Of a stretch of DNA of 64,000 nucleotides, positions 13,301-25,972 are shown one piece after another (the stretch's first letter is position 1; each line of letters begins with the position of its first letter). The stretch comes from Octopus vulgaris (Eukaryota), in assembly GCA_951406725.2 (NCBI GenBank), contig OX597839.1, positions 35,774,001-35,838,000 of the forward strand. The letters run 5' to 3'. Both the position numbers and the translations under genes were made by a program. The notes beneath the pieces are model-generated. The model saw only the letters and a program-made list of their open reading frames with translations, was not told the origin of the DNA and ran no database searches.

Positions 13301-16300
13301 TTCTGTCATAGTAGTAGAGAGCACAAGAATCAGAGAAAAGATTTATGAACTCACTCTGTCCATCTTTTCTATTATTGCTCAATGCAGGGTCAATTTTGCT
13401 GACCACTGCCATTGTACTGAGCAAAAGATCTTATCAGAGGGAGATTTGCACAGCTGAGTAGAGGACAGAGACCACTCAACTACATTGATGTTATTGGCAT
13501 AGAGACACACAAGATGAAATTGACGATTTACCAAAGACAAAAAGGGGGACACAGATCCTTGCTGCAGTATTGTGAGATGTGTCCTACTTGCAACTCCTCC
13601 AAGAAGACTATTTGAATTATTCAATCAATTAGAAAATTTGGTGAATTTTTATGCACCCCTCACAACAGTTTCTTCACACACAAGCACAAAAAAAGAAAAA
13701 GATAACTTCTCACAGCAGAGGAGAAGTCAACTTACCATGTTGTTTTCATTTGAAGCCCATTTGCGGAAGATTTGTAATGAGAGTCCAGCATGCAGCATTC
13801 CTGGTGTAGCAAACACTACCATTGCCCCAGGGTTGTCAATGAAAGCTCGATCAAATGGCTGAAAGATAAATTAATAAAAACATAGCAAATCATAAAAGTA
13901 TTTCTTTCAGATTAATCCCTACAGTATTGAGCAATCCGTGTATGTCAGCCTATTGCTTTATGTTCACTTTTTTCATGCTGATATGAGTGAAACAGGTTTC
14001 TAGGGTTCATATTCCAAGTTACTGCCCTTCTAAACACTTGGAGACCACATCTTGCTTTTTTAGCTTGGTTTCTACAGCTGGATACCCTTTCTATCACCAA
14101 CCACTTTACAGGGCATAATTTTGTTGTGGCACAAGCACTAGAGAGGTCATCTGGTCCCTCAGCAAAAATAAAAGAGCCTTCTCAATGCTCTCAATGTTGT
14201 CTCCATTTGTTCGTTCACCAGCATCACTAATGTCATCTCAACATCCCCAACAAAATTACACAGAGTGACTTTTAAACAACTTCTCTCATATCTGACATTG
14301 ATGTTCCCCACCACCTTTGTTCATTGCTCATTATATCTACCCCTATATACCGCCGACATCCATCTCTCCATCCAGAGAGAGAGTGGGGGTCAAGGGAAAG
14401 AGAAAGAGCTATACCAGCTCTCATTTGGTATTCACTTACAACTGAGCAGACTGGAGCAATGTGAAATGAAGAGCCTTGCTCAAGAACACAGCACACCACC
14501 CAGTCCAGGAACTGAACCTATAGCCTTATGATCATAACCCTGAGAACTTAACCACTAGGCTATGTACCTTCTGACTTTGAGTTTACTTAGAACAATTAGT
14601 CCATAAGTTCCACACAAGTCATCAACCGCTTATTTATAAACTTCAAAAGACATCTACTGCTTCATCATCATTATAATCACAACCATCAAGACCCTAAGGT
14701 TTCCAGTTGCATTTCTCTTCTCATCACCATAGCAACAATATATGTATCTAGCAGAAATATTTAACAATCAAATATGGATCACTAAATCCAATGTAAAAAA
14801 GAAACAACTCAAGAAAAAGATCACAATTCCCAAGAATATTACCAAAGTCATTAAAAGAAATCTGACCATTCAAGACTGTGTGTGGAACTGGATCTAGCAA
14901 CAATTTCATCTCTGGAACACTTTTTTCTGAGCAAGACCATCGAATATATATTCAGTATATTTTAGCCACAACTGATAGATGACGGACAGTAGACATCAGA
15001 CCAGATATGGAAGATAGCAGTCAGCAGACAGTTGCAGAATCAGCAGCTGACCAGAGTGCTGCAACAGCACAGAAACAATGGACCGCTGGTGCCAGCAACA
15101 GACAATGACCAGCTAACATCACTACAACTACTAATATCATACCTGGTCCCAGAAAAAATTACCTTTGAACTATCTCGGTTTTTGTTGTTCATAGTAATGA
15201 GAACATTTTTTGTTTATGATAAAAAAATTTTTTTAATAAAAAGTCTCAGATTTTAGTGTTCTTTATCATGGTGACCCCCTTCGGTCAGACACTGACCATG
15301 GGTTTGCACCTAGAGAGTTACCCTCTGAGGCACAAGTCTGGGCAAGGTTGTTTTATGGAAGACCAGCAGTCGCCCATGCATACCGGCCTCCCCTCTCCAT
15401 GTCACCGATGTTGTCCAAGGGAAAGGCAAGGGCCGATACAGCTTGGCACCTGTGACGTCGCAACTCATTTCTACAGCTGAGTGAACTGGAGCAACGTGAA
15501 ATAAAGTGTCTTGCTCAAGAACACAACACGCAGCCCGGTCTGGGATTTGAGCTCACAACCTCACGATCGTAAGCTCGATGCTCTAACCACTGAGCCACGC
15601 GCCTTCTTTATCATAATGTATGTATATATATAGCAAAGACAATAGTATATAATACAATACCTTGATGTGTTTGAACTCAAACATGTTCCGCTGTACAAAG
15701 GTTTTCTTGATCTTCTGACTGGTCCAGGTGATAAACAGTTTGTAATAATGGTTTGCCTACAAAATGTACACAAACACATACAAGATCAGTATATTTGCCA
15801 ATTAACGAGAGTCACAGCTAATTGAATTAACACGCCTGACCTATCAGTGGAACAACCAATGTTTTGAATCCGATATCCTAGTAACTTGCTTTTAAAAATA
15901 TTTGAACCTTTTTGATACCGATACCCCTGAGACCCCCATTGCTTTTGTGATATACAAATGCAGGTATGGCTGTGTGGTAAAATGCTTGCTTCCCAACCAA
16001 ATGGTTCCAGGTTCAGTCCCACTGTAAGGCACCTTGAGCAAGTGTCTTTTAATATAGCTTTGGGCCAACCAAAGCACTGTGAGTGGATTTGGTAGATGAA
16101 AACTGAAACAAGTTTGTTGTATATATATGTGTGTGTATTTGTCACCAACCACTGCTTGATAACTGGTGTTGGTGTGTTTACATCCCCATAACTTGCAGTT
16201 TGGCAAAATTAAAAAAAACAATCAAATAAGTATTATACTTAAGAAAAAAAGTACTGGGGTTGATTGATTCCACTAAAACTTTTTCAAGGCAGTGCTCCAG

Positions 16301-19300
16301 CATGGCCTCAGACTAATGACTGAAGCTAGCAAAAGATAAAAGATAAACTTCTTATTATGAAGTGAGCAAAATTAAAACCTCCCATCAAAAGTTCATGTTA
16401 TTTTATATTCCAAACCCCAGTATCATAATGACAAATCTATTTTAATAAAATCTGTATTTTAGCAGAAATATGGTAGCAAACAAGTTAATTCTGAGGAGCA
16501 CAGTACACTTAACTGCAAATTGGCTCCTTACAGCAGAGAACTGCAGTTTCCACCATGGTACCATTTTATAGGAAGGTGAATGAGCTGATGTCTTGCAAAC
16601 AAGTTGCACATGCAAGTGCTACCAGTTAAAAGCTCCGTATACCGGAAGCTAGCAAGTGTATGGGATCATCAGGAGAGAATGCACGCCGTTTCGGGGACTA
16701 CCTCTCGACGGCATCAATGCGCACCGGGCCCCCTCACTGATATGAGGCCCCGCTTGCTAGATCAGCTGGTTATCATCGTCGTCATCATCGTCGTTTAACG
16801 TCCGTTCTCCATGCTAGCATGGGTTGGACGGTTCGACCGGGGTTCTGGGAAGCCAGAAGGCTGCACCAGGCTCCAGTCTAAATTTGGCAATGTTTCTACA
16901 GCTGGATGCCCTTCCTAACGCCAACCACTCTGTGAGTGTAGTGGGTGCTTTTACGTGCCACCTGCACAGGTGCCAGGCGGGGCTGGCAACGGCCACGGTC
17001 AGATTGGTGTATTTTATGTGCCACCGGCACGGAAGCCAGTCGAGGCGGTGCTGGCATCGGCCACGAGTCGGATAGTGCTTTTTACGTACCACCAGACCAG
17101 GGATCCTGGCTGGTTCAATTCGATTTCGATTTCGCTTGCCCCAACATGTCTTCACAAGCAAAGGGGTTGGCAAGGGTGCCTGTCGTACGGTCGCATTGGA
17201 GTATTTTACGTGCCACGGCCACGAGTCGGATAGTGCTTTTTACGTACCATCAGACCAGGGATCCTGGCTGGTTCAATTCGATTTCGATTTCGCTTGCCCC
17301 AACATGTCTTCACAAGCAAAGGGGTTGGCATGGGTGCCTGTCGTACGGTCGCATTGGAGTATTTTACGTGCCACGGCCACGAGTCGGATAGTGCTTTTTA
17401 CGTACCACCAGGCCAGGGATCCTGGCTGGTTCAATTCGGTTTCGATTTCGATTTCGCTTGCCCCAACATGTCTTCGCAAGCATGGGGGGTTGGCATGGGT
17501 GTCTGTCGTCGGATGAGGTTCTATATCGACTTCGCTTGCCTCAACCGGTCTTTGTGTCCAAGGGAGGAACTCAATATACTTCATAATATTAGTCAAAGAA
17601 TCAATGTTATCTGCCCTATATCCTGGTCTCATTAATATCAAAGAGATTTAATTCTCAGTAGCACAAAACTGTAGTTCCACCGTGGTACCTCCTGGCCTTG
17701 TAGTGGTAGGGTTATTGTGAATTAAGTGTCTTTGCTTGAACAGTCCCCTTGTTATCCTCTTCAGTATTGCTTTGATGTCTACAAGGATTCGATAAGAGTA
17801 CATCACACTGTGTCATCAGTCATCCCAATCCTGTTGTCATCCCTTCAGAGCTGACCCCAGTATTCTCAGATCCTCCCATGCCATCCCTTGGGAAATCACC
17901 TCATTCTGTCTCGACATGGATTTTTATGAATTCATACAGATTAACTAACTCTTTGGTTGACCAGCATCTTAATATTTAAGGTGAACTGCTACCTTGGTCA
18001 AGTGAATATAGAAATATAGCCCTCTGCGTGCACACACAGCAGGGTTTCAAATTTTGGCACAAGGCTAGCAATTTTAGGAGTGGAGCTAAGTCATTTACAT
18101 CGACCCCAGTGCTCAACTGGTACTTACTTTATGAACACTGAAAGAATGAAAGGCAAAGTGGACCTTGGTGGAACTTAAACTCAGAATGTAAAGAATGGTC
18201 AAATGCTGCTAAGCATTTTTGTCCAGCATACTAACGATTCTGCCATCTTGCTGCCTTAGGTAACTTAATATTGGTTTCAAATTTTGGCACAAGGCCAGCA
18301 ATTATAGGAGTGGAGGTACGTCAATTACATTGACCCCAGTGGTCAACTGGTATTTATTTCATTGACCTTGAAAGGATAAAACACCACCAAGCATTTTGAC
18401 CAGCATGCTAATGATTCTGTCACCTTAGAAATCAATTTAATAATGACAAAATCATTTTACTGAATTCTTAATTATTTTCACAATGATTTGAAAAGAAAGA
18501 CCATGTATTTCGAAATATGGTAACAAAAGGGTTAAAGGTTTAAAGTTATGCAGAACAGAGAAAGAGATAAAGCAACTATTACTAGCCTTCTCGGTGAGCC
18601 CAAGCGAGAAATAAATGGGTGCTTTTAGGTTCATCCGGTCCCAATAGGTCTCCAGTAATATACACAATTCTTGTGCTCTTCCTAAAGCAAATACTGGAAT
18701 CAAAACCTGGAGAATATAATGAAACAGGATTAGGAGTGACCTTTGATAGAGAGAATAAATTTAATCCAAAGACAATGTGACATTTCCAAAAGAGGATTGA
18801 AAAGGTCATTGAAGAATGTGGAGTAAAAGGAGAAGAATACGGCTCTTGAAGTGGGGAAAATTGAGAGGAAATGGACAAGAAACTTGTAGAAAAGGTTTTT
18901 CTTATGTTTTTACTCCTGAAAATAATACAAGTTAAGAACAAGGTTACATTATTTTCATAATAGGGTGAATAATGTTGGAGAGTAATGAGAAAAGTACATG
19001 TTATAGGCGCAGGAATGGCTGTGTGGTAAGTAGCTTGCTAACCAACCACATGGTTCCGGGTTCAGTCCCACTGCGTGGCACCTTGGGCAAGTGTCTTCTG
19101 CTATAGCCCTGGGCCGACCAATGCCTTGTGAGTGGATTTGGTAGACGGAAACTGAAAGAAGCCCATCGTATATACGTATATATATATATGTATGTGTGTG
19201 TGTGTTTGTGTTTGTGTGTCTGTGTTTGTCTCCCTAGCATTGCTTGACAACCGATGCTGGTGTGTTTACGTCCCCGTCACTTAGCGGTTCGGCAAAAACA

Positions 19301-22300
19301 GACCGATAGAATAAGTACTGGGCTTACAAAGAATAAGTCCCGGGGTCGATTTGCTCGACTAAAGGCGGTGCTCCAGCATGGCCACAGTCAAACGACTGAA
19401 ACAAATAAAAGAGTAAAAAGAGTACACCTATTACAAAGGGGCAAAAAATGAAAAGGATAACAAAAAAAAAAAAAAATGTCCTTATGTTTTTATCTCTCAA
19501 ATTAATGGAGAAAAGAAATTTCATTAAAAAAAATTTTTATAAAAAAAAAAAGTTGACTTACCTTACCCCCTTTCTCAACACAACTGTGGACCTTCTTGAG
19601 GAAATCTCTCTCGCGACAACGCTTTGAATCTCGGATCGTTGTGGCGTAAGTGGATTCGGTAATAAGCAGATCTGGTCGACATTTGTCAATCCAAGCAGCT
19701 CCTAAATGTCTATCTGGAGTCATGTTATAGTCACCCTGTGAATTAAATACATATGCGAAATGAAAATGCCCCACAAAATTTTGAAATAACCAAAAGTATT
19801 TTCTTCATGGGGTGTTACAAGGGTCAGTTAGAAGATTAATAATTAATTATGTTATTAGGTTATTTATTATGGCCAATATGGAGAGAAAGGAAGATTTTTC
19901 ACTTAACTGTGTGTCCATAAACCTCCTTACCTCTATACCTATTTCTCTATAACCCACAAGGGCCTAAACACAGAAGGGACAAACAAGGACAAACATAAGT
20001 ATTAAGTCGATTATATCGACCCCAGTGAGAAACTGGTACTTTATTTATCGACCCCGAAAGGATGAAAGGCAAAGTCGACCTCGGCGGAATTTGAACTCAG
20101 AATGTAACGACAGACGAAATACGGCTGCGCATTTCGCCCAGCGTGCTAACGTTTCTGCCAGCTCGACCTCTATACCACAATCATCATCATCTCACATTCA
20201 TCTCCCATTGGTTGGATGGTTTCAGAGGATCCAACAGGCCAGAGAACTGCATCATGTTCTTATTTCTCCTTTGGTATGGTTTCTATGGCTGTGTGTCCTT
20301 CCAAATGCATCCAACCACTTTACAGAGTGTACTGGGTGCTTTTCTTCAAAGCACCAGCTCTAGTGAGATTGTCATATAGCTCACAAGACTAAGACCCACC
20401 CCCATTCGCTGAGTGGGGCTACAGTAGAGTGGACGTAACTTTAAGGTACATGATGAAAAGTTAAAGCATGAAGGAAGGAGTCAGAACAGTACAGGTCTCT
20501 TCCTAAAGTGGAGATGGGAAGTGAGATAAAACTGGTGGTGACACTGACCCAGGGTGGAGCCTGGAGGAGTGGCCCAGAAGAAACTGCAGTAGTGTTTGGA
20601 GTGATTGAGTAAATTCGACATATGTGTTGACATCAAGGGTTTCCTCCTTTAGGCCTTACTGAAGGCTTTCTTCTGTAACAGAAAATCTCCAATGAGTGAG
20701 CTGAAATATTGTCACTTGACCAACACTCAGTTTGGATCTGAACAACACCACCAGGATTTGGATAGCGTCAAACCAAAAACAACAACAACACAAAAAGAAA
20801 AAAAGGTTTCATGCTATATTTATCCCTTCATCTTAGATACCTATTTCTTTATTACCCACAAGGGGCTAAACATAGAGGGGACAAACAAGGACAAACATAG
20901 GTATTAAGTCGATTACATCGACCCCCAGTGCATAAATGGAATTTAATTTATTGACCCTGAAAGGATGAAAGGCAAAGTGGACCTCAGCGGAATTTGAACT
21001 CACAACGTAACGACAGATGAAATACCGCTAAGCATTTTGCCTGGCGTGCTAACGTTTCTGCCAGCTTGCCGCCTTCATCTTAGATGCCATAATTAAGCTG
21101 AAATCAGGATGTAGAGTGTCAAATAATCCAGTCCTGATGGGATGGAGTGAGAGGAAAGAATTGGGAAAGGGAGGGAGGGGGAGGAGGGAGAGAGGAGGAG
21201 GGAAAGAAGGAGAGGAGGAGGGGAGGAAGGAGAGAGGGAAAGAGAGAGAGAGATTTGTTAAAAAAATGAATAAAAGACATGGTGAAGACAAGATTCCTTA
21301 CTGTGTAGACAAGGGATTGCTGGCCAGACTTGATATAAAACATTGCAGCTCCTAAAACATGTCCTGCATAATATGCCTTTATTTCTAAATCAAGGTCCAC
21401 CTGGAAAGAGAGAGAGATGCTATGGATATAAAAAAATATATATAATATACTGATATGTAGTAGCAAGTCATTTTCTGACTGAGCAGACACATGATCAAAG
21501 GTGTTCCAGCCATGAACATCCTGTCTTAATTCAGACAGTGTGTTATTTTCTCTTTAATAAAGCTGAAACATGTGATTCAAAGGAGATTTGTCAGTTATTT
21601 CTAGCAGATCAAGCGACCACATGGATGCCCTCTTGCTGGCTTCATACATAATATATAGAACTTGTGTAATTTTCTTTGCTTGAAGAATCTAAAGTCTTCT
21701 TAGTTCAGGTATAAAATGCCAGAATTAACCCTTTTGTTGCCATATTTCTGATGAAATATGCTGGCTTTGTTTCCATTGATTTTGAAAACAATGAAGAATT
21801 TAACAAAATAACTGTCATTATTAAATGGATGTTTGGAACATAAAACTTATCAAAATTCCATCTTAATTTAATTCAAATCACTTTAATACTTTTGTTATAC
21901 TTCTATTGTAATACCTTGTCTATTTTAATTATTCTGAAAATAACAATTAGCAAAATATTTTTAGCACTATCCGACTCGTGGCCGATGCCAGCGCCACCTT
22001 CACTGGCTTCCGTGCCGGTGGCACGTAAAATGCACCAATCCGACCGTGGCCGTTGCCAGCCTCGCCTGGCACCTGTGCAGGTGGCACGTAAAAAGCACCC
22101 ACTACACTCACGGAGTGGTTGGCGTTAGGAAGGGCATCCAGCTGTAGAAACACTGCCAGATAAGACTGGAGCCTGGTGCAGCCTTCTGGCTTCCCAGATC
22201 CCCAGTCGAACCGTCCAACCAATGCTAGCATGGAGAACGGACGTTAAACAATGATGATGATGATGAACAATAAGCAAAATATTTTTGACATTTATTAAGG

Positions 22301-25024
22301 TAGTGTCTAGAATATGAATTAAGATGAAGTTTTGATGTAAGGTTTTAATTTAGATGACTTTAAATCAAGTGGTTTGTATCATAGAACAAGGCACAGTATT
22401 AAGCAGGTTGATAACAAAAGGTTTAATATTAACAATAATAATAATCTGTTGCGTGTACATACATGAACAGTCTGGTGGAGGTTGACAGCAATTACTTTCT
22501 TCATACAGGATTTTATCATTTCTGATGTGAAGAAGTTGGTTTCTCCTCTACGTTCAACGGTAATCTTCCGATAATCTTCCTGAAATACAAATCATACATT
22601 TAACCCTTTTGTTACCGTATATATATTTTGAGATGTTCTGTGTTTCTTTCAATTAATTTTAAATATAACAAAGAATTTAGTAAAATAACTTGGTTATCAT
22701 TCAGCTAGTGTAAGGAACATAAATTGTGACTAAGATTTGGTGGAAGATTTTAATTCAGAACTTTTTGTACTCAGAGCCAGAGCTGCTTTCAGCCAGGTTG
22801 GTAACGAAAGGGTTAAGAATTGTTTCTCTATTATATATTTTAACCCTTTTGTTACCATATTTCTGTTGAGACGCTCTGTATTTCTTTCAATTAATTTTAA
22901 ATATAACAAAGAATTTAGTAAAATAATTTGGTTATCATTCAGCTAGTGTTAGGAACATAAATTGTGACTAAGGTTTGGTGGAAGATTTTAATTCAAAACT
23001 TTTGTAAACAAGACATTTGTACTAGAGAGCCAGAGCTGGTTTCAGCTGGGTTAGTAACAAAAGGGTTAAGAATTGTTTCACTATTGTATCTTTTAACCCT
23101 TTTGTTACCCTATTTCGGTTGAGATGCTCTTGTTTCTTTCAATTAATTTTAAATATAACAAAGAATTTAGTAAAATAACCTGGTTATCATTCAGCTAGTG
23201 TTAGGAACATAAATTGTGACTAAGGTTTGGTGGAAGATTTTAATTCAAAATTTATGAAAACAAGAAATTTGAACTATAGAGCCAGAGCTGGTTTCAGCCA
23301 GGTTGGTAACAGAAGGGTTAATGGTGAGAGCAGATCCTTGAGATGCTTTACATAAACCAGCCTCTCTCAACAATTTTTACATGAGACATACTCAACCATC
23401 TCCCTTAACACAATCTGTTGCCTTATCTTAAGAAATTTTTATCTATTTCAACTTAACCCTTTAGCATTCAGATTATTCTGTCAAATGTAATCCTTATTCA
23501 TTCACATCGTTTTGAATTAATCCTGCATTATCTCATAGCTCTGAGATTTTGATAGGTGTGAGAGGCTGGATCTGGCCAGTTTGAACATAAAACAGATTGA
23601 ATATTTGGGTTGGATATGGCTGGTTGAAATGCTAAAGGGGACCCAGTTGAAATTTTTGATTTCTTTCACAAGTCCCATGCAACGGGACTGAACCCAGAAC
23701 CATGTGGTTGGGAAGCAAGTTTCTTAATGATGCAACCATGTTTTTATTGCATTCATCAGAAAAGAATGTAATGATTTTCTCACTGTACAGTGCAATCCTC
23801 AAACACCTGGCCACTTCCCCCACAGACTATGAAACATTTTCTAGTATATATATATATATATATACTGTTCATAGTGTGCTAAATTCTTCTCGAGAACAAT
23901 TCTTAGTGATTCAGACCCTTGCGGATCTATCTTTAGCGTTAGAGCATCCACATAGTGGATTCTCTCTCATATTTGTGTATTAACAATATTTACTGAATCT
24001 CAGTTTTTTATATGCTAAACCACTGATGTTAAATTGATGTTATTAAATTAATATCCAATTTTTTCACCCTTATTTTGATTTTAATTATATATATATATAT
24101 ATATGCACACACACACATGCTATAGTGTATAACACAATACACATGGCTTGATATATTTTTAAAATCCTGATGCAGAACATCTAGCTCCTTAACTTACCAG
24201 CAAGATGGGGCATATAGCCTTCGTAGGATGTGTCATATAGATAGGTCCATCAAAGCCAACCATTTCAGACATATACGGCAGAGCACCACAGTGATCCAAA
24301 TGGAAGTGTCTGAAACGAATTAACACATTTCATTATCATCATCGTTTTAACTTTCACTTTACCATAACATACACACAATTCTCTCCCTCTCTATATGTAT
24401 ATATATATACACATACAATTACATATATACACACACACAATTATATATAACTATATTTAGAATACAGGACAATATAATGGATTTTATACATAATTATTAT
24501 GGATTACTGCAGAAGACTTATCAAGGAGGCATATATGGATTTCAAGATTCTCATACTAAAGTGTACTTACCAAAATCAAAAGCAGTAATTTTTTATTTAT
24601 ATTTCAAACAAACACCATTTTCCCATATTACTTCATATTTAAAAAAAAAACTACCATTCAATACATTATACAAGATTCACATTTTATATCTCTGAGGAGC
24701 AGAAGTGTGGTCTGTAAATGCTTATCAATATAGGATTCCATTAGAGGGACAACACTTCTGCAAAGCGATCGTAGGATGCTTTAAAAACCTAATTTGAAAC
24801 TTTTAAACTGCCATATTTATTATTATATATTTATACTTGTACATATTTACATATACTATTTTATTTGTTTCAATCATTTAAACTGTGGCCATGCTGGAGC
24901 ACCGTCTTTAGTCGAGCAAATCGACCCCAGGAAATATATTTATATTCTTAATACAACAATTATTCTTCACATGTATATATCTTTCTGAGGAATTTCCTGA
25001 TATTATTAACAATATATTATATAG

Positions 25025-25058
<34 letters not shown>

Positions 25059-25322
25059 ATTTACAGAAAAATGAGTGAGTACCAAATATTTGAACAACAA
25101 ACAAATACAAGTATATTAAATACTGTACAACTTAAATTCTTGATTTATTAATAATTATCTCTGCCTGTAAAGAATGTGACAATTACCAAATGCCATTTAA
25201 GGCCAGCTTCATATGTGAAGGGGAGATAATCTCCAAAGTTGATATGGCATTAAGGAAAAGAATAAGAGCTTATTGCCTGGGGATTAAGAGGACAGCTGGA
25301 CTTCTCACATAGATATGTATGC

Positions 25323-25362
<40 letters not shown>

Positions 25363-25941
25363 GCATACATATAAATATATATAATACAAACACAAATATA
25401 TATAGAGAGAGAGAGAGGGAGGGAAAGAAACTACAAACTAAATTTGCAAACTTTATATTTAGTAAACTTTGAGAAAACCTTGTTTATATTTCACTGAAAG
25501 ATGAAAGTAAAGAAACAACAAAAAGAATATAGAGGAATAACTGTTTGAATTACTTACGTTATGATCACACAATCCAAATGTTCTGTGAGTGTTCCCTCCC
25601 TGGTAATGTAGGTGAAATCTGGGAAACGCCTCTGAGAAAAACACAGTTTATACATTACATGCTGATCGCGTTTTTAAATTATATTACATATATATATATG
25701 TGTGTATAAATATATATAAATATTGTTATATTTCGGAATGGTCATTTTGCCAGTTTAGCCAATAAAAACACATGCACTATATATTTGGTGTTATTTTGCT
25801 TCAATGTTATTTATTTTTTACATTACTCTTAATCTTATTTCGGCCAGAGTTCTTTCTTTTTATTGGCTAAACTGGCAAAATGACCATTCCGAAATATAAC
25901 AATATCTGTTTCAACACACGACTTCACATAAAACATCTTGC

Positions 25942-25972
<31 letters not shown>

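Noticed and set aside
15530-15607. tRNA-like sequence (GGCGCGTGGCTCAGTGGTTAGAGC..., TAC anticodon-like loop)
   Set aside because: Degenerate T-arm, no acceptor stem, continues into a SINE body with several copies: a SINE head, not a tRNA gene
16650-16750. Superficial resemblance to U6atac, U12 or RNase MRP motifs
   Set aside because: Only short matches, in the wrong order or spacing; no Sm site or ordered conserved regions
16814-17641. Overlapping 80-150 aa ORFs on both strands
   Set aside because: Produced by the GC-rich 158-bp tandem repeat and the family-C element
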